IMG/VR virus record: IMGVR_UViG_3300043427_002950 | Coordinates: 62,001-126,000 of that record | Direction: 5' to 3' (one strand) | Source: an uncultured virus (IMG/VR IMGVR_UViG_3300043427_002950) | Taxonomy: Duplodnaviria; Heunggongvirae; Uroviricota; Caudoviricetes | Length of the DNA stretch: 64,000 bases | Part shown: positions 48,982 to 60,053 of the stretch, piece by piece | Position numbering within the stretch: the stretch's first letter is position 1 | How the letters are laid out: each line of letters starts with the position of its first letter | Position numbers and translations under genes: made by a program | Notes under the pieces: model-generated | Databases searched by the model: none | What the model was told of the DNA's origin: nothing | The model's input: only the letters and a program-made list of their open reading frames with translations

Positions 48982-49248
48982 CGTTTCTGCTCTTTTATCT
49001 TGGTGGGTTGGCAACAGCCCTCCTCTTCAACTATGCTATCCACAGTCCCAATAAGAAATGGGAGGAAGTGGAGAAAAAACTGAATATTCTTGAAGATAAT
49101 CTTTATCGTAATTCAGGTCATTAACTATGGTTACTACTATTATGGCAGCATTTGCCTTCGGTTATTGTGTTGCTGATATTATCATCGGCATTTACAATAA
49201 AAAACGTGACAAAGAACTTTTGGAACAAATTCTTGCTGAATCTAAACG

Positions 49249-49674
49249 ATGACTAAAGTTGTCTACAATGCCTGCTATGGTGGGTTCGGTCTGTCCCGTG
49301 AAGCATGTAAGCGTTATTGGGAACTTCAAGAAAAAGAAGTTTGGATTGAGGAAGACCCTAAATTCAAATCTCTGGATGTATTCACCGTTTGGTTGGTTCC
49401 ACCCGAAGAACGTGTTGAACAAAAAAATTGGCATTCTATGTCTCTTACTGAACGTCTTGCTTACAATAAAAAGCATTCTGAACAAACTTGGTATGACCGT
49501 AATGTTTCCCGTCACGATCCTATTCTTGTTCAAGTTGTAGAAGAACTGGGTGCCAAAGCAAATAGTGATTATGCTAACCTTACTATTCAAGAGGTCTCTG
49601 GTGCCTATCGTATTGATGAGTATGATGGGTATGAGAGTGTTATTGAATCTTATGACGATTGGATTACTCCCTGA
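49249..49674 (+). CDS. Conserved phage hypothetical protein
   Basis: KVVYNACYGGFGLS...RHDP.LVQVVEELG...IDEYDG.E.V. Confidence 0.75.
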   Translation: MTKVVYNACYGGFGLSREACKRYWELQEKEVWIEEDPKFKSLDVFTVWLVPPEERVEQKNWHSMSLTERLAYNKKHSEQTWYDRNVSRHDPILVQVVEELGAKANSDYANLTIQEVSGAYRIDEYDGYESVIESYDDWITP

Positions 49675-49696
49675 ACTTTATTAAAGGTAAAAAATT

Positions 49697-50104
49697 ATGA
49701 AACAACAAAACGGATTTATTGACCCTGCCATTGCTCTCATTGCTGTTGGTGTTGTGGTAGTTGGTGGTCTCATCTTTATCGGTGGTCCACAATATAATGT
49801 GTGGCAACAATCTCTTGCTGGTAAGGCAGAACTTCAGAAAGCAGAATATACTCGTCAGGTAGCAGTGTTGGAAGCACAAGCAAAGAAAGATAGTGCTCAA
49901 CAACTAGCTGATGCTGAGATTATTCGTGCTACTGGTGTTGCCAAAGCAAACCAAATCATTGGTGATTCGCTGAAAGATAATCGTGAGTATCTTCAGTATC
50001 TGTATATCACTGGACTGGAAGAAGGATCTAACAAAGGTAATGTGACCATCTATGTGCCTACTGAGGGTGGTATGCCTGTTCCCACACTACAGATGAATAA
50101 GTGA
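49697..50104 (+). CDS. Membrane-anchored SPFH/band-7-like coiled-coil protein
   Basis: N-terminal TM helix; AEIIRA.GVAKAN.IIG.SL....YLQY..I...IYVPTE. Confidence 0.65.
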   Translation: MKQQNGFIDPAIALIAVGVVVVGGLIFIGGPQYNVWQQSLAGKAELQKAEYTRQVAVLEAQAKKDSAQQLADAEIIRATGVAKANQIIGDSLKDNREYLQYLYITGLEEGSNKGNVTIYVPTEGGMPVPTLQMNK

Positions 50105-50421
50105 TTATGTGTAACGACGACATTCTTTACAATTCCTTTATGGAGGATGATGTGATTAAGATTACTGGTCCTGAGGAAATTGATCCAAGCAAAGACACTT
50201 ATCCTCATAACTATGCAAAGACATCTTACAATCATGCAAGGAAAGAACGACTTGATGATGTTGTCTTTGATTACATTTCTGATGAAAATGTTGATGCAAA
50301 TCAATTCTATAAAGAGTTGAAAGAATCAATTCAAGAGTGTGTTGATTATTTTGAAAAATTTTCAAAAAAGTCAAGCAGTATGCTTGAACTTGTGACAAAA
50401 AATAAAGTTGAACTTTTTTGA
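50101..50421 (+). CDS. Hypothetical protein
   Basis: 106-aa ORF ending at the terminator. Confidence 0.55.
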   Translation: MIMCNDDILYNSFMEDDVIKITGPEEIDPSKDTYPHNYAKTSYNHARKERLDDVVFDYISDENVDANQFYKELKESIQECVDYFEKFSKKSSSMLELVTKNKVELF

Positions 50422-50424
50422 TTT

Positions 50425-50449
50425 GAGGGGCAATGCCCCTCTTTTTTTT
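50425..50449 (+). terminator. Rho-independent terminator
   Basis: GAGGGGCA-A-TGCCCCTC followed by T8. Confidence 0.85.
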
Positions 50450-50456
50450 ATAAATA
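50449..50456 (+). promoter_or_regulatory. T4-like late promoter TATAAATA
   Basis: Exact consensus fused to the terminator T tract. Confidence 0.8.
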
Positions 50457-50476
50457 ATCAAAAAGTAATTAGAAAA

Positions 50477-51382
50477 ATGCCTAATATCACTGGAAAAGAT
50501 GCTTTTGAGCTGTTCCAAGCATATCAAGATGTTTATGCTTCACAAGAAGTGGATGAAGCAACCGCAATGGCAAAACGTGGACTGGATGAACCAGCAATTC
50601 GTCAAAAGATTGCCAAAAACACTGGTGGTGGTCAGGCAGCAGATCGTGCAACTGCTCTGGCAGACAAGCAGACCTATGGACAAAGTGGTGTAGATCCTAA
50701 GGCAAGGCAACAACTTGCTGCAAAGCAGAGAGGTGACTTCCGCAACACCACATCCTCCAACCCAGGATTGCATGGTTACGCACACAAGGCAGAAACTCCT
50801 GCAGATAAAGCAAAGCAGGCAGCAAGAGGAGCACAGAGAGGTGCATTGACTCCAGCAGAAAGACAGAAACTCAACATGGGTTATGAGATGGAAGGTGAAA
50901 TGTCGGAAGCAACTTATAGAACAACTGCATCAGGTAACAGAGTTCGTTGGGACGAAGATGATGCAATTGATAATGCAGTGTCTGATAGATTGCAAAGACA
51001 AAGAGAAGCAGCAGCAAAGAAAACAGCACAAGCAAGAATGAAAGCAAAGGGCACTGTTCCCACAAAGAATGGTAAGCCTGTTTTTGAAGAAGTTGTTGAG
51101 TATTTGTATGTTGAGGGATATGCTGATAGTATTGAAGCAGCAGAACTGATTGCAGAACACGCTGGTGAAGAATGGATTGATATCATTCTTGAAAAAGATG
51201 AGACCGAAATTGGAATTGCTGGCCTCCCAATTCCAAAGAAAAAAATGTCTCCAGCAAAAAGACATGAGTTTGAAAAGAAGAGAAGAGAAAATCTAAAAAA
51301 GCAACCAGGACAAGCAGGAGATAGCAAAATGATTCAGGCACTCCGCAAAAAAGCACAAGATTCTGGCAATTATGCCAACTGA
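50477..51382 (+). CDS. Putative internal virion protein (start revised to 50477)
   Basis: Late promoter; L..AY..VY...EVDE and EEVVEYL..EGYADS.EAA acidic segments alternate with basic low-complexity blocks. Confidence 0.6.
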   Translation: MPNITGKDAFELFQAYQDVYASQEVDEATAMAKRGLDEPAIRQKIAKNTGGGQAADRATALADKQTYGQSGVDPKARQQLAAKQRGDFRNTTSSNPGLHGYAHKAETPADKAKQAARGAQRGALTPAERQKLNMGYEMEGEMSEATYRTTASGNRVRWDEDDAIDNAVSDRLQRQREAAAKKTAQARMKAKGTVPTKNGKPVFEEVVEYLYVEGYADSIEAAELIAEHAGEEWIDIILEKDETEIGIAGLPIPKKKMSPAKRHEFEKKRRENLKKQPGQAGDSKMIQALRKKAQDSGNYAN

Positions 51383-51392
51383 GGACATTTCT

Positions 51393-52067
51393 ATGAAAAA
51401 CTTAACGGAAGTTTATTTTGAAATGTATGGTGATCAGGAACTGAATGAAAATGTGTCTGGAGGAAGAGGAAGACGTGCAAGTTCACAGCAAGCACCTATT
51501 CCTCAAAGAGTTACTGCTGGACAAGCTGCAGAAATTCGTAGAAATGCAAGACAAAAAAATGATCCGATTCCTGAAGAACCAAAGAAAAAGAAAAAGGAAC
51601 CTCCAGAACCAACTACTGTTCCATCCAGAGGTGTTGGAGCAGAAGAACCTGCATTGAGAAGAAGAACTCCTGAAGGTCATAGAAAGAGAGGAGCATCTCC
51701 AATGTCTGTTGCTAAGAAAAAGCAGAGACTTCTTTCAACTGGGCAGGATACCACACAAAAATATACATATGCGAGAACTCCAACACCTGAAAGTAAAGCA
51801 AGAGCAAAAAAAATTAGTGCTGCTTTAAGAAATAGGGAAAACTGGGGATCTAAAAAAGAGTCATTGACCTTTCAAGATTTTATGACAATTGCTGAGGCAA
51901 AGGTTGATTGGAAGGATAGAGACAAAGAAAATGTGCAAGATAGAATTAATGTGCTGAGGGATAGAAATAGAAGATTAGAAAGTGATCATCCAGAAGTTGC
52001 AAGTGGTAAGTATCAAACTGATTTCAGAAGAAAAAGACACGAAGAATCCAGAGGAAAGAAAAAATGA
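51393..52067 (+). CDS. Putative internal virion protein (basic)
   Basis: GAGGA SD; MKNLTEVY...LNE leader; internal LTFQDFMTIAE. Confidence 0.55.
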   Translation: MKNLTEVYFEMYGDQELNENVSGGRGRRASSQQAPIPQRVTAGQAAEIRRNARQKNDPIPEEPKKKKKEPPEPTTVPSRGVGAEEPALRRRTPEGHRKRGASPMSVAKKKQRLLSTGQDTTQKYTYARTPTPESKARAKKISAALRNRENWGSKKESLTFQDFMTIAEAKVDWKDRDKENVQDRINVLRDRNRRLESDHPEVASGKYQTDFRRKRHEESRGKKK

Positions 52068-52450
52068 TTACATTTTCTGAATTCATGCTTTTGGTAGAGA
52101 AAAGATATGCTCCAGATGAGAAACTTCCATCTGGAAAAACTCCCGATGAAAAAATGTATAGAAAACGTGCCCAACATGGCGCAAGAGTGATGTTGGGTAA
52201 TCCTGCATTGGGAAGAAATTCTCGTAATGATCCTGAAAGAGATTCTTATCGTGAAAGAGCACATACAATGGATCTTGTTAAAAAAGCACAAGATGCTAAA
52301 GAAGAACCAAGAGATAGTTCAGCATGGAAAAATACCATTGCTGCTCGTCGTCGTCCCCGTGCTTCTTATGAGAAACCAAATGAAAGACCTGGCGGTTTGA
52401 GAGCAAAAGAAACAAAAGCAGGTGGTTATAGGAAAGTAACAAGAAAATAA
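52064..52450 (+). CDS. Putative capsid-packaged internal protein
   Basis: MITFSEFMLLVE capsid-targeting-like leader; R/K-rich body. Confidence 0.6.
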   Translation: MITFSEFMLLVEKRYAPDEKLPSGKTPDEKMYRKRAQHGARVMLGNPALGRNSRNDPERDSYRERAHTMDLVKKAQDAKEEPRDSSAWKNTIAARRRPRASYEKPNERPGGLRAKETKAGGYRKVTRK

Positions 52451-52451
52451 T

Positions 52452-53753
52452 ATGGAAGGATTTCCCTTAGAATCAAGCAATATAATTGAACATTTCACAT
52501 CAGTTGGATATGGGAAAAAATTTGGAATGCTTAGATTTTCTGGCAATCCTACCAAAAAAAGATTTATAATTGATAATTTATATGGATATGAACTTACTAA
52601 GGAAAAAAAAGATAAATTTGTAGAATTTTTAATATCCAAAAAATTTGCTATAACAGAAAAAAGATGGAATGGTGATACTTTAACAATAACTGATAATAGA
52701 AAAAATACAGTACAAATAATATTTCAAATACCAACAGAATCAAAAACTAATTGGGGAAATACAGTTGAAAGTATTTTGACAGTTGCTATAGGATGTAGAT
52801 TTAAACATAAAAACGATAATATAACTCAAGAGCAATATTATGACTTTTTAAACGAATTTAATAAAAAATCAAAATTAAAAACAACATCCGATAATAAAGA
52901 TATACCAGATAAAGATAAGTTAACAGTCACTTTATCTCTTACAAAAAGTGATTCTTTGTTTACAAGAACAGATGAGACGAAATATAAAACACATGTTAAA
53001 TCGGCACTTCAATATGTAAATACGTCAAAAGTTAAAGCATGGTCAACATTGATCTATGAGAATAATAGAATAGATGAAATAACAGTTACTGGAAAGGGGA
53101 AACAAGGAGGAAAGGTAGATACTGAAGTTAGATGCACAGGTCAGGATCCAAATGCAAATTTAAAAATAAAATTGGATCTTTCGGTAAAAGCTGAGTCTGT
53201 GAAACAATTTGGACAAGCAGTTGGATCGGATTTTGATACAACTAACAATTTTTTAAATGGCATTTTTGGTCATCAATTTAAATCGGATAAATTAAAATAT
53301 AATAATTTGATAGTCAATCATAAAGTTGCAGAAGCATTTCAACTTGCATATCAAAAAATAGCGCAAGAAATTAATCAAAACGGTGTCGATCCAGACATTT
53401 TGGTAAAAGGAATTAAACAACATGCTACTGGCGGAAATTCACAAATGAGAATGTTAATCCTTGGACAAGATACTAAACTTTTAAATTTTGAAAAACTGCA
53501 ACAATGGGTTGATGATAATAAATCAACTTGGGATATTGTTAATGAGCAATTTTATGCAGATTATCAATTAACTAATAGTGATTTTCCTAAAATTCAAATA
53601 AAAATTAAAGGATATGATAATACAAAATCATTATTTCAGGTTAGAGCAAGACAAGATAAATCAACATCAAAAGGTAATATAGTCTATAGACATTATATCG
53701 AAAAAGGAACTTTGATGAATGAATTACTTGGAGTAGATTTACAGGAAGAGTAA
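52452..53753 (+). CDS. Hypothetical AT-rich protein, possible restriction-like nuclease fold
   Basis: GNTVE...KVD...LSVK arrangement. Confidence 0.45.
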   Translation: MEGFPLESSNIIEHFTSVGYGKKFGMLRFSGNPTKKRFIIDNLYGYELTKEKKDKFVEFLISKKFAITEKRWNGDTLTITDNRKNTVQIIFQIPTESKTNWGNTVESILTVAIGCRFKHKNDNITQEQYYDFLNEFNKKSKLKTTSDNKDIPDKDKLTVTLSLTKSDSLFTRTDETKYKTHVKSALQYVNTSKVKAWSTLIYENNRIDEITVTGKGKQGGKVDTEVRCTGQDPNANLKIKLDLSVKAESVKQFGQAVGSDFDTTNNFLNGIFGHQFKSDKLKYNNLIVNHKVAEAFQLAYQKIAQEINQNGVDPDILVKGIKQHATGGNSQMRMLILGQDTKLLNFEKLQQWVDDNKSTWDIVNEQFYADYQLTNSDFPKIQIKIKGYDNTKSLFQVRARQDKSTSKGNIVYRHYIEKGTLMNELLGVDLQEE

Positions 53754-55477
53754 TGGCAAAAGGCAAAAAAACCAAAGACGATTTAGGCAAAGAACTTATA
53801 CAGTGCATGGCATTTGCACATTTTGCTGTTCAAAAATATAGATCATCAGATTCTGATGCTCATATGGAATCTTTTTATAAACTTTTTGATCCAAATGAAA
53901 AGCCAAATAATTCTATAATAAATGAATATACTCAATATTTGGGTGAAAAATTTGATTTTGATAGATTATATGCAAATTGGGGCAAAAAGGAAGGATCTAA
54001 AGACGTAAAAATAGTATATGATGTAGCAAAAAAATTCTATCTTTCAAATAATATCTCAAAAAACTTTTCGCAGTATGAATTCTTGGATCAAAAAGATTCA
54101 TTTATGATTACGATTAAAGATAAAGCACTTGATAAAATTATATTGGCACTAAAGTTACCTTTTAAAAGAGACATTTTATCCAGTGCTGACATTTATATTG
54201 TTAAAAAGCAATCGAAAAAAAATATTCGGAAAGAATTTGAGGATGAGATAATTAATAAAAATACCTTATACTTAATCAATAATTTTGATATGTACAATAA
54301 GTTATTGATTAAGTATTGGAAATCTCACGATTTATTTGGAGTGTCATTAAAACTTCCAAGTGTCATAAGTGCAAGTAAAAATATTAAGATTGTTGGCGCA
54401 GAAGAAGATATTTTAAATAAAAAAATGCAAAAACAACTTGATCCGTACACCAAATTTATATCTCTTTTATCTGATAAAAATACTAATATTCGACAACTAA
54501 TCGACGATACAATAGAGATTAGAAGTAAAAATTTAAAAAATGCATCTTGGGATTTTAATTTTAGATTTAATTATAAAAAGTTGGGATTATATCCAACCGA
54601 TGTTGATTTTGTACTTAAATCTTGGACAAAAGCACAAACTGCTGGTGGCGGAGCAGCAGGTTTCAATGGTGGATTTGATAAAAGTGTCCCAGGATATTCT
54701 GATCAATGGGTTGGGGGAACAGGAATTGAAACATTGCAAACATTCCTATTTAAATACTCGGAATATAATAGAATAATGGCAGAATTGTCTAATATTAGAC
54801 AAAAGGCATTAAATTATACCTTAACTGGATCTGCAAACACAAGAGCAAATGTTAATCAACCATTACAAAATTCTAAAAGAGAAATTAGTTTTCCCATTGT
54901 TCCCAAAGAACCAAAGTTTAATAAGCAAGGAAAACTTACAAGATTTATTAAGAAGAAGGGAGAAATGAACGGAATAACATATAAAACTGATGTTACAGGT
55001 GAAATGAAAGTTAAAAATTTGCAAAGTTTTTATTCAAGTGCTTTGAGAGAAATTAAATCTAAAAATTTCAATCTTGGTGTGAATAAAAATAAAAATCTTG
55101 ACTTGTTTTTTATTGAATATGAAAAAGCAAATAATATTGCTGAAGGTGAATTGTGGAGAAGATATAAGATGGCTGTCATAAATTTGGCTACACAAACATC
55201 AATTGGAACTAAAATAAATCAATCTGATAGTATGCTTAATTCATTCTATGAGCACAGTCAGATTTCTTATTTTATGCTTCGTGGTGGACAGGACTTTTTA
55301 AAAAGAAAAATCTTCATGACAATATTTGGTGTTATTACTAAAAAGGGTTATCATATCATCAAAGATTCTGATCTTACTTCAAGTAGACTTGAGGGAGCAA
55401 TAAGAGCAATCGCATCTAAGAAATTATTAAGAGAAATAAAACAATTTGACACCGTACCACATTTCTACATGTCATAA
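53753..55477 (+). CDS. Hypothetical AT-rich basic protein, possible restriction-like nuclease fold
   Basis: KELIQC...SADIY...GVSLK arrangement; TAATG-coupled to upstream gene. Confidence 0.45.
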   Translation: MAKGKKTKDDLGKELIQCMAFAHFAVQKYRSSDSDAHMESFYKLFDPNEKPNNSIINEYTQYLGEKFDFDRLYANWGKKEGSKDVKIVYDVAKKFYLSNNISKNFSQYEFLDQKDSFMITIKDKALDKIILALKLPFKRDILSSADIYIVKKQSKKNIRKEFEDEIINKNTLYLINNFDMYNKLLIKYWKSHDLFGVSLKLPSVISASKNIKIVGAEEDILNKKMQKQLDPYTKFISLLSDKNTNIRQLIDDTIEIRSKNLKNASWDFNFRFNYKKLGLYPTDVDFVLKSWTKAQTAGGGAAGFNGGFDKSVPGYSDQWVGGTGIETLQTFLFKYSEYNRIMAELSNIRQKALNYTLTGSANTRANVNQPLQNSKREISFPIVPKEPKFNKQGKLTRFIKKKGEMNGITYKTDVTGEMKVKNLQSFYSSALREIKSKNFNLGVNKNKNLDLFFIEYEKANNIAEGELWRRYKMAVINLATQTSIGTKINQSDSMLNSFYEHSQISYFMLRGGQDFLKRKIFMTIFGVITKKGYHIIKDSDLTSSRLEGAIRAIASKKLLREIKQFDTVPHFYMS

Positions 55478-55584
55478 ATACTAAAAATTTATTTGACTTG
55501 TTATGCCAGATAAAGAAGTGTCACAACACTCCTACAACCGATGGTCGAATCCACTATACTACAAGTATCAACACATGAATTCTC

Positions 55585-55761
55585 ATGAACCCCTATCCTC
55601 TTGGTTTGGACAATCCTTACATCGTCCGAGCAGTGGTTGGAAGCAGTCGATGGGCAATCTATCGCAAAGAAAATTTTCAAAAAATAGCAACTTTTCCTAA
55701 TCAATTTGTTGCATATGAGTGTCGTCGTGCTCTTTTAAGATTTGATGGGTATAATGCATGA
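55585..55761 (+). CDS. Small early protein (MNPYPLGLDNPY...), preferred over the track ORF 55503..55700
   Basis: Downstream of TATACT at 55555 and ATGA-coupled to 55758. Confidence 0.55.
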   Translation: MNPYPLGLDNPYIVRAVVGSSRWAIYRKENFQKIATFPNQFVAYECRRALLRFDGYNA

Positions 55762-56592
55762 AATTTACAGGAAAAACCCTCGCAGAAGAAGAATGGAAGA
55801 AAATCTATGGTGATTGGCCATCAGATTCTGATTTTGCATGGCCTTTTTTCCGTGATGCTTTCGATGCTGGAAAAAAATCCACAAAAACAGAAAACCAATC
55901 TTTTTATGAAATTTTAAGATCTAAATTTTTATTTTCATCTGAAATTGCTGATGATATTTTAAATGAATTTGATACATGGTTATCCTCCATACAGACAACA
56001 TCTCAATCTGATGATAGAATTTCAGTTTCATTAATTCGCAAAAAACTCAAAAAAATCAAAACTTATGATCCCTGATTGGAACGTTCCAGAAAAAATTACA
56101 AGCATTACTATATCTCGTCTTCTCAGTGAATTGGAAGGTTGCTCTTATCTTCTTAAGAGGATGGAAGAGCATGAGGATTTTGAAATGATTGAACTATTAA
56201 AAAACAAATATTATAAAATGTACTTTCAAATACACAAAATAGAAAAAAGTGATCAGTACCCATACCCCATATAAAACCGCAGATATCATTCGTGATACTT
56301 GGCCAAATCTTTATAGACCCACCAAAGATTATAAACCACCATCAAATTGGAGACCTAAACAATCATGACAGTTCAAACTTCTGGATATTTTGATGAAATC
56401 ACTGGAATTTATGGAATTAACATTGCATTTGATGACAATCATGTAATTACATTGGATGGATTGAGCAAAGAAGATATGCAAGAACTAAAATCATGCATTG
56501 AATGTATGTTGGTTGACTGATAAGCATCCCTTATACCCCTTGACTCCTTGAGTCGGGGGTGTTATTCTATTATTATCACTTGAGGACTCATC

Positions 56593-57417
56593 ATGACTCA
56601 CGGCGCAAAACTTACACTCAAATACGATAGTAAATTTGAATATACTGGAACTTACTATGGTGATGATATTCTTCCAGAAGAGCATATCACTATGGAGATT
56701 CCTGCAGAAGATCTGAGTACAATGCAATTGTTCAGGTTCTTCAGTAATTTCCTTCGTTCCATTGGACACAATGAGTATGGCATCATGAAAGGTGCCTGTA
56801 ATCTTGCGTTTAATGAAATGAACAACGAAGATGACATGAAAAAACTTGCACATGAGTTTGATCTTGTCATGGAAGAACATATCGACGCAAGAATCAAAGT
56901 ATATGAAGAACTTGCAGAAAATTGGGAAAAACGATATTGGGATCTCCGACGTAACATGCAAAAGAAGCAAAACGAAGATTGTATGCCACCTTGGGGACAT
57001 AGTGATATGGAAGCACTTCGTTATACTGATGAAGAGATTAATGCGATGTGCGATGCTGCAGAAGATAAGGAATCATGCAAAGAAATGACCACCCGTGAGT
57101 TGGAATGGGCAAATAAACCACTTACATGTGATAAAGACGATAAATCTAAAGAATGTGAAGATGCATGGGGCAAATTTTGGAGTGATGACCATAGTAAAGC
57201 ATTAACTTATGGTGAAATGGTTGCTGAAGGTTATGAAATGACAGCAGATGGATTTTGGGTTCCAGGTGACAACATGATGACATGGAATGGTTTGATTCCT
57301 GGATCTAAAGAGGCAGTAAAAAAAGGATGTAAATGTCCAGTAATGGATAACGCAGAAATGCCAGATGATCGTAAATGGGTCAATGGCGACTGTCCTCTTC
57401 ATGGTAAATCAAAATGA
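56593..57417 (+). CDS. Hypothetical mosaic protein with a C-terminal C.CP..DN...CPLHG motif
   Basis: GAGGA SD; hairpin/promoter at 56535-56575. Confidence 0.65.
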   Translation: MTHGAKLTLKYDSKFEYTGTYYGDDILPEEHITMEIPAEDLSTMQLFRFFSNFLRSIGHNEYGIMKGACNLAFNEMNNEDDMKKLAHEFDLVMEEHIDARIKVYEELAENWEKRYWDLRRNMQKKQNEDCMPPWGHSDMEALRYTDEEINAMCDAAEDKESCKEMTTRELEWANKPLTCDKDDKSKECEDAWGKFWSDDHSKALTYGEMVAEGYEMTADGFWVPGDNMMTWNGLIPGSKEAVKKGCKCPVMDNAEMPDDRKWVNGDCPLHGKSK

Positions 57418-58161
57418 AAAAACTAAAGTTTAGGGATCCATACAATCATCATCACGAATACACTAATGACATTGATCGCATTGTCAAAGTGTTTGCCGAT
57501 CGAGGATATGACATCTCCCATCAGGATGCAGTTCGTGCATGGGAATGTGTTTCAGAATCCTTATGTGCTGGATGGTTGTGCTTAGATTCAAGTGATGATG
57601 ATGAAGTTTTTCGTGATGCATTCCGTTATTTTGAGGAAGTATGACTCAGTTCTTTACCGTAACATCTGATGCTCCTTATGATAGGCATCATTATATACTT
57701 CATTATACGAATGGGAAGCAAGTGAAGTATGAGGAGTATGATCTTGCCAGAAAGGCATGGATGGATTATGATAAAAGGTATGTTGATTACATTGAAGTGA
57801 TTGATATTCCTAAAAAGAAGTCAAAGTCCAGTAAAGGGGGATTTGCATGATTAAGATGTTTATTATGAGTCAATTGTTGATCATTACATTTTTTGTTGGT
57901 GCTGCAGTTGGAGTTGCTGGAACTATCACCGTATATAATAATACCAATATCTTGAAAATAGTCGGAGGGTTTCAATCACAATGAATAGATATTACATGCA
58001 AGAACAATTTGATGAATGGTTCTATGAACTTGAAGGTTATTCATTTAGGTCGGAAAGATTGATCGATGACTTGTATTATGCTGCAGATACGAAGGATGTT
58101 TCTACGATAATCACTTGGATAAAAGCAGCATTTGAAGAAGGATACAAAGCGGGAATTAAAG

Positions 58162-58770
58162 ATGATAAACTTTGAAAAATTGGCACAAGTGCCATACATG
58201 GCAGATTACTCCAAGAATGACATGTTTAAAGCATATGTTGCCAAGTGGGAGTCAATTTGGAGAAGGCAATCTGAGACTGGCAAACAACATGCTGCCCTGA
58301 TTCGTGCAATTGAATGCACTAATGGATGCATTCAATATGCCTACAGAGATGGAGTTACCAATCTAACATTGGAACAGACACGCGAATGCATGAAACTGTC
58401 TATGAGTGCTATTAAAAACAAGCAAATTACGTTGAAAAATGGGGAGACAATCGGATTTGATCCGACTATCCATGATATTTTGGACGAAACCAGAGACATT
58501 TATATTGCTGGATTTAAGCATGGAGACGATGAGAAACTGATGGAGTTTTATGCTCAATCGGTTGCTATTTTTTATGTTCTTGGCAGAGATCGTATTGATG
58601 ATGCATTTCAAATGGTAGTCGATAACTTTGCTGACGTGTTTACTCTACCTTGGATAGACAGGGGTAGGTCTTATGTTTATAAATATGTCAACGCTATTGA
58701 GCCAGCAACTCACACAAATGAAAATAGCATAAATCCATACATTGACTTAATCCTCGGAGGCATCATATGA
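58162..58770 (+). CDS. Hypothetical helical protein (start revised to ATG 58162)
   Basis: Long ORF, ATGA-coupled to the sulfotransferase-like gene. Confidence 0.6.
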   Translation: MINFEKLAQVPYMADYSKNDMFKAYVAKWESIWRRQSETGKQHAALIRAIECTNGCIQYAYRDGVTNLTLEQTRECMKLSMSAIKNKQITLKNGETIGFDPTIHDILDETRDIYIAGFKHGDDEKLMEFYAQSVAIFYVLGRDRIDDAFQMVVDNFADVFTLPWIDRGRSYVYKYVNAIEPATHTNENSINPYIDLILGGII

Positions 58771-59399
58771 TCTGTCATCATTATAAATGTATTTTTATTC
58801 ACGTTCAAAGAACGGGTGGAACAACCATAGAAAGATGGTTACAGGGAGAAGATCAATGGAATATTCGTCATAATACAAAGCATATTACGACTGGTTATGC
58901 TAGAGATAGGGCATATCCTGAATATTTCAATGATTACTTTAAATTTGCTTTTGTGAGAAATCCATATGAGCATATAATGTCACAGATTATCATTGCAGAT
59001 TCCTATCAAAATAGACATTTTGGACCAAATAGAGAAACACCAGATGAAAGTTATCTGAGATTTAATTATAATGAATATATTAATGTTCATTGTGTTGGAG
59101 GTGCTCATATTAATGATTATCATGATGAATGGAATAACCTAATTCCAAATTCAATATATCAAAATATTTTTGCTGCTGGAATTGATAAAGTTTATAAATT
59201 TGAAGAGTATGATGATGCAATTGATGACATTGCATCAATTTTGGGAATTGAATCACCATCTGGAAAATTGCAGAAACATGGTGCAAGACCTGAAGATTAT
59301 CCACAAGTTGATCAATTAAAACCAAAAGATTTTGAAATGATAAATGAATTATATGGAGCAGACTTTGAAAAATATGGATATGACAAACGATTTGTATGA
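58767..59399 (+). CDS. Sulfotransferase family 2-like protein
   Basis: IFIHVQRTGGTTI (5'-PSB loop), FAFVRNPY (3'-PB), C-terminal Y..DFE.YGY. Confidence 0.75.
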   Translation: MICHHYKCIFIHVQRTGGTTIERWLQGEDQWNIRHNTKHITTGYARDRAYPEYFNDYFKFAFVRNPYEHIMSQIIIADSYQNRHFGPNRETPDESYLRFNYNEYINVHCVGGAHINDYHDEWNNLIPNSIYQNIFAAGIDKVYKFEEYDDAIDDIASILGIESPSGKLQKHGARPEDYPQVDQLKPKDFEMINELYGADFEKYGYDKRFV

Positions 59400-59819
59400 G
59401 TGGTTTTGTGGTCAGTGTAATGCTGCTTCAAATCAAATAAAAACTGATGAAGATCGTGAAAGGGCTCAAAAACTTATTCTTTCTTCATTCGTAAAAAAAA
59501 TTGCAGACATTGCGATGAATGATGGATTAGATTCACTATTGATGTTGTCTAAAGAGATTGAAAGTTAAATGGAAAACTACAATAAAGTTACCAGATTTGA
59601 AGTCATTGATCGGTTTGGAAGATCCTATTCCAATTGGAATGTTGAAGATGTTAGTTTTTCTCTTCAAGATAATGGAAAAACACTTAAAGTTTTTCTGAAG
59701 GATACTACAAGATACAACTATGAATGTGATATATAAATATGCCAGATTCAGAAGTGTCACAAGATACCTTGTGGTGCGATAAAACTCTGAATACTATGAT
59801 CAACTACAAGATCAAAACA

Positions 59820-60053
59820 ATGAAAGTCCCGAATTGGCAACACCACTCCCGCAAGGAGCAGAAACGGAAACTTAAACCACAGGCACTGCGACAAGCAAAG
59901 GCCCGACTGAGCCACTTCAAAAAGCGGCACATGACCTCCCCGAAACGGGAGGTTTTTTCGTATATTGGATTCAGTTCAAACAAACCGCACCCATGTCTGT
60001 CAACTACGAAGTCAAAGGTGGAATTGCCCGTGTGCTTGCCACAGAGAACCTGA
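59820..60053 (+). CDS. Small basic early protein (MKVPNWQHHSRKEQKRKLKPQALRQAKAR...)
   Basis: Behind the early motif at 59740; its 3' end runs through a hairpin and is uncertain. Confidence 0.5.
   Translation: MKVPNWQHHSRKEQKRKLKPQALRQAKARLSHFKKRHMTSPKREVFSYIGFSSNKPHPCLSTTKSKVELPVCLPQRT

Noticed and set aside
58178..58195. TGGCACAAGTGCCA palindrome as another early operator
   Set aside because: Arms are in the opposite orientation with a short spacer, it lies inside a CDS, and there is no -10 at the expected distance.
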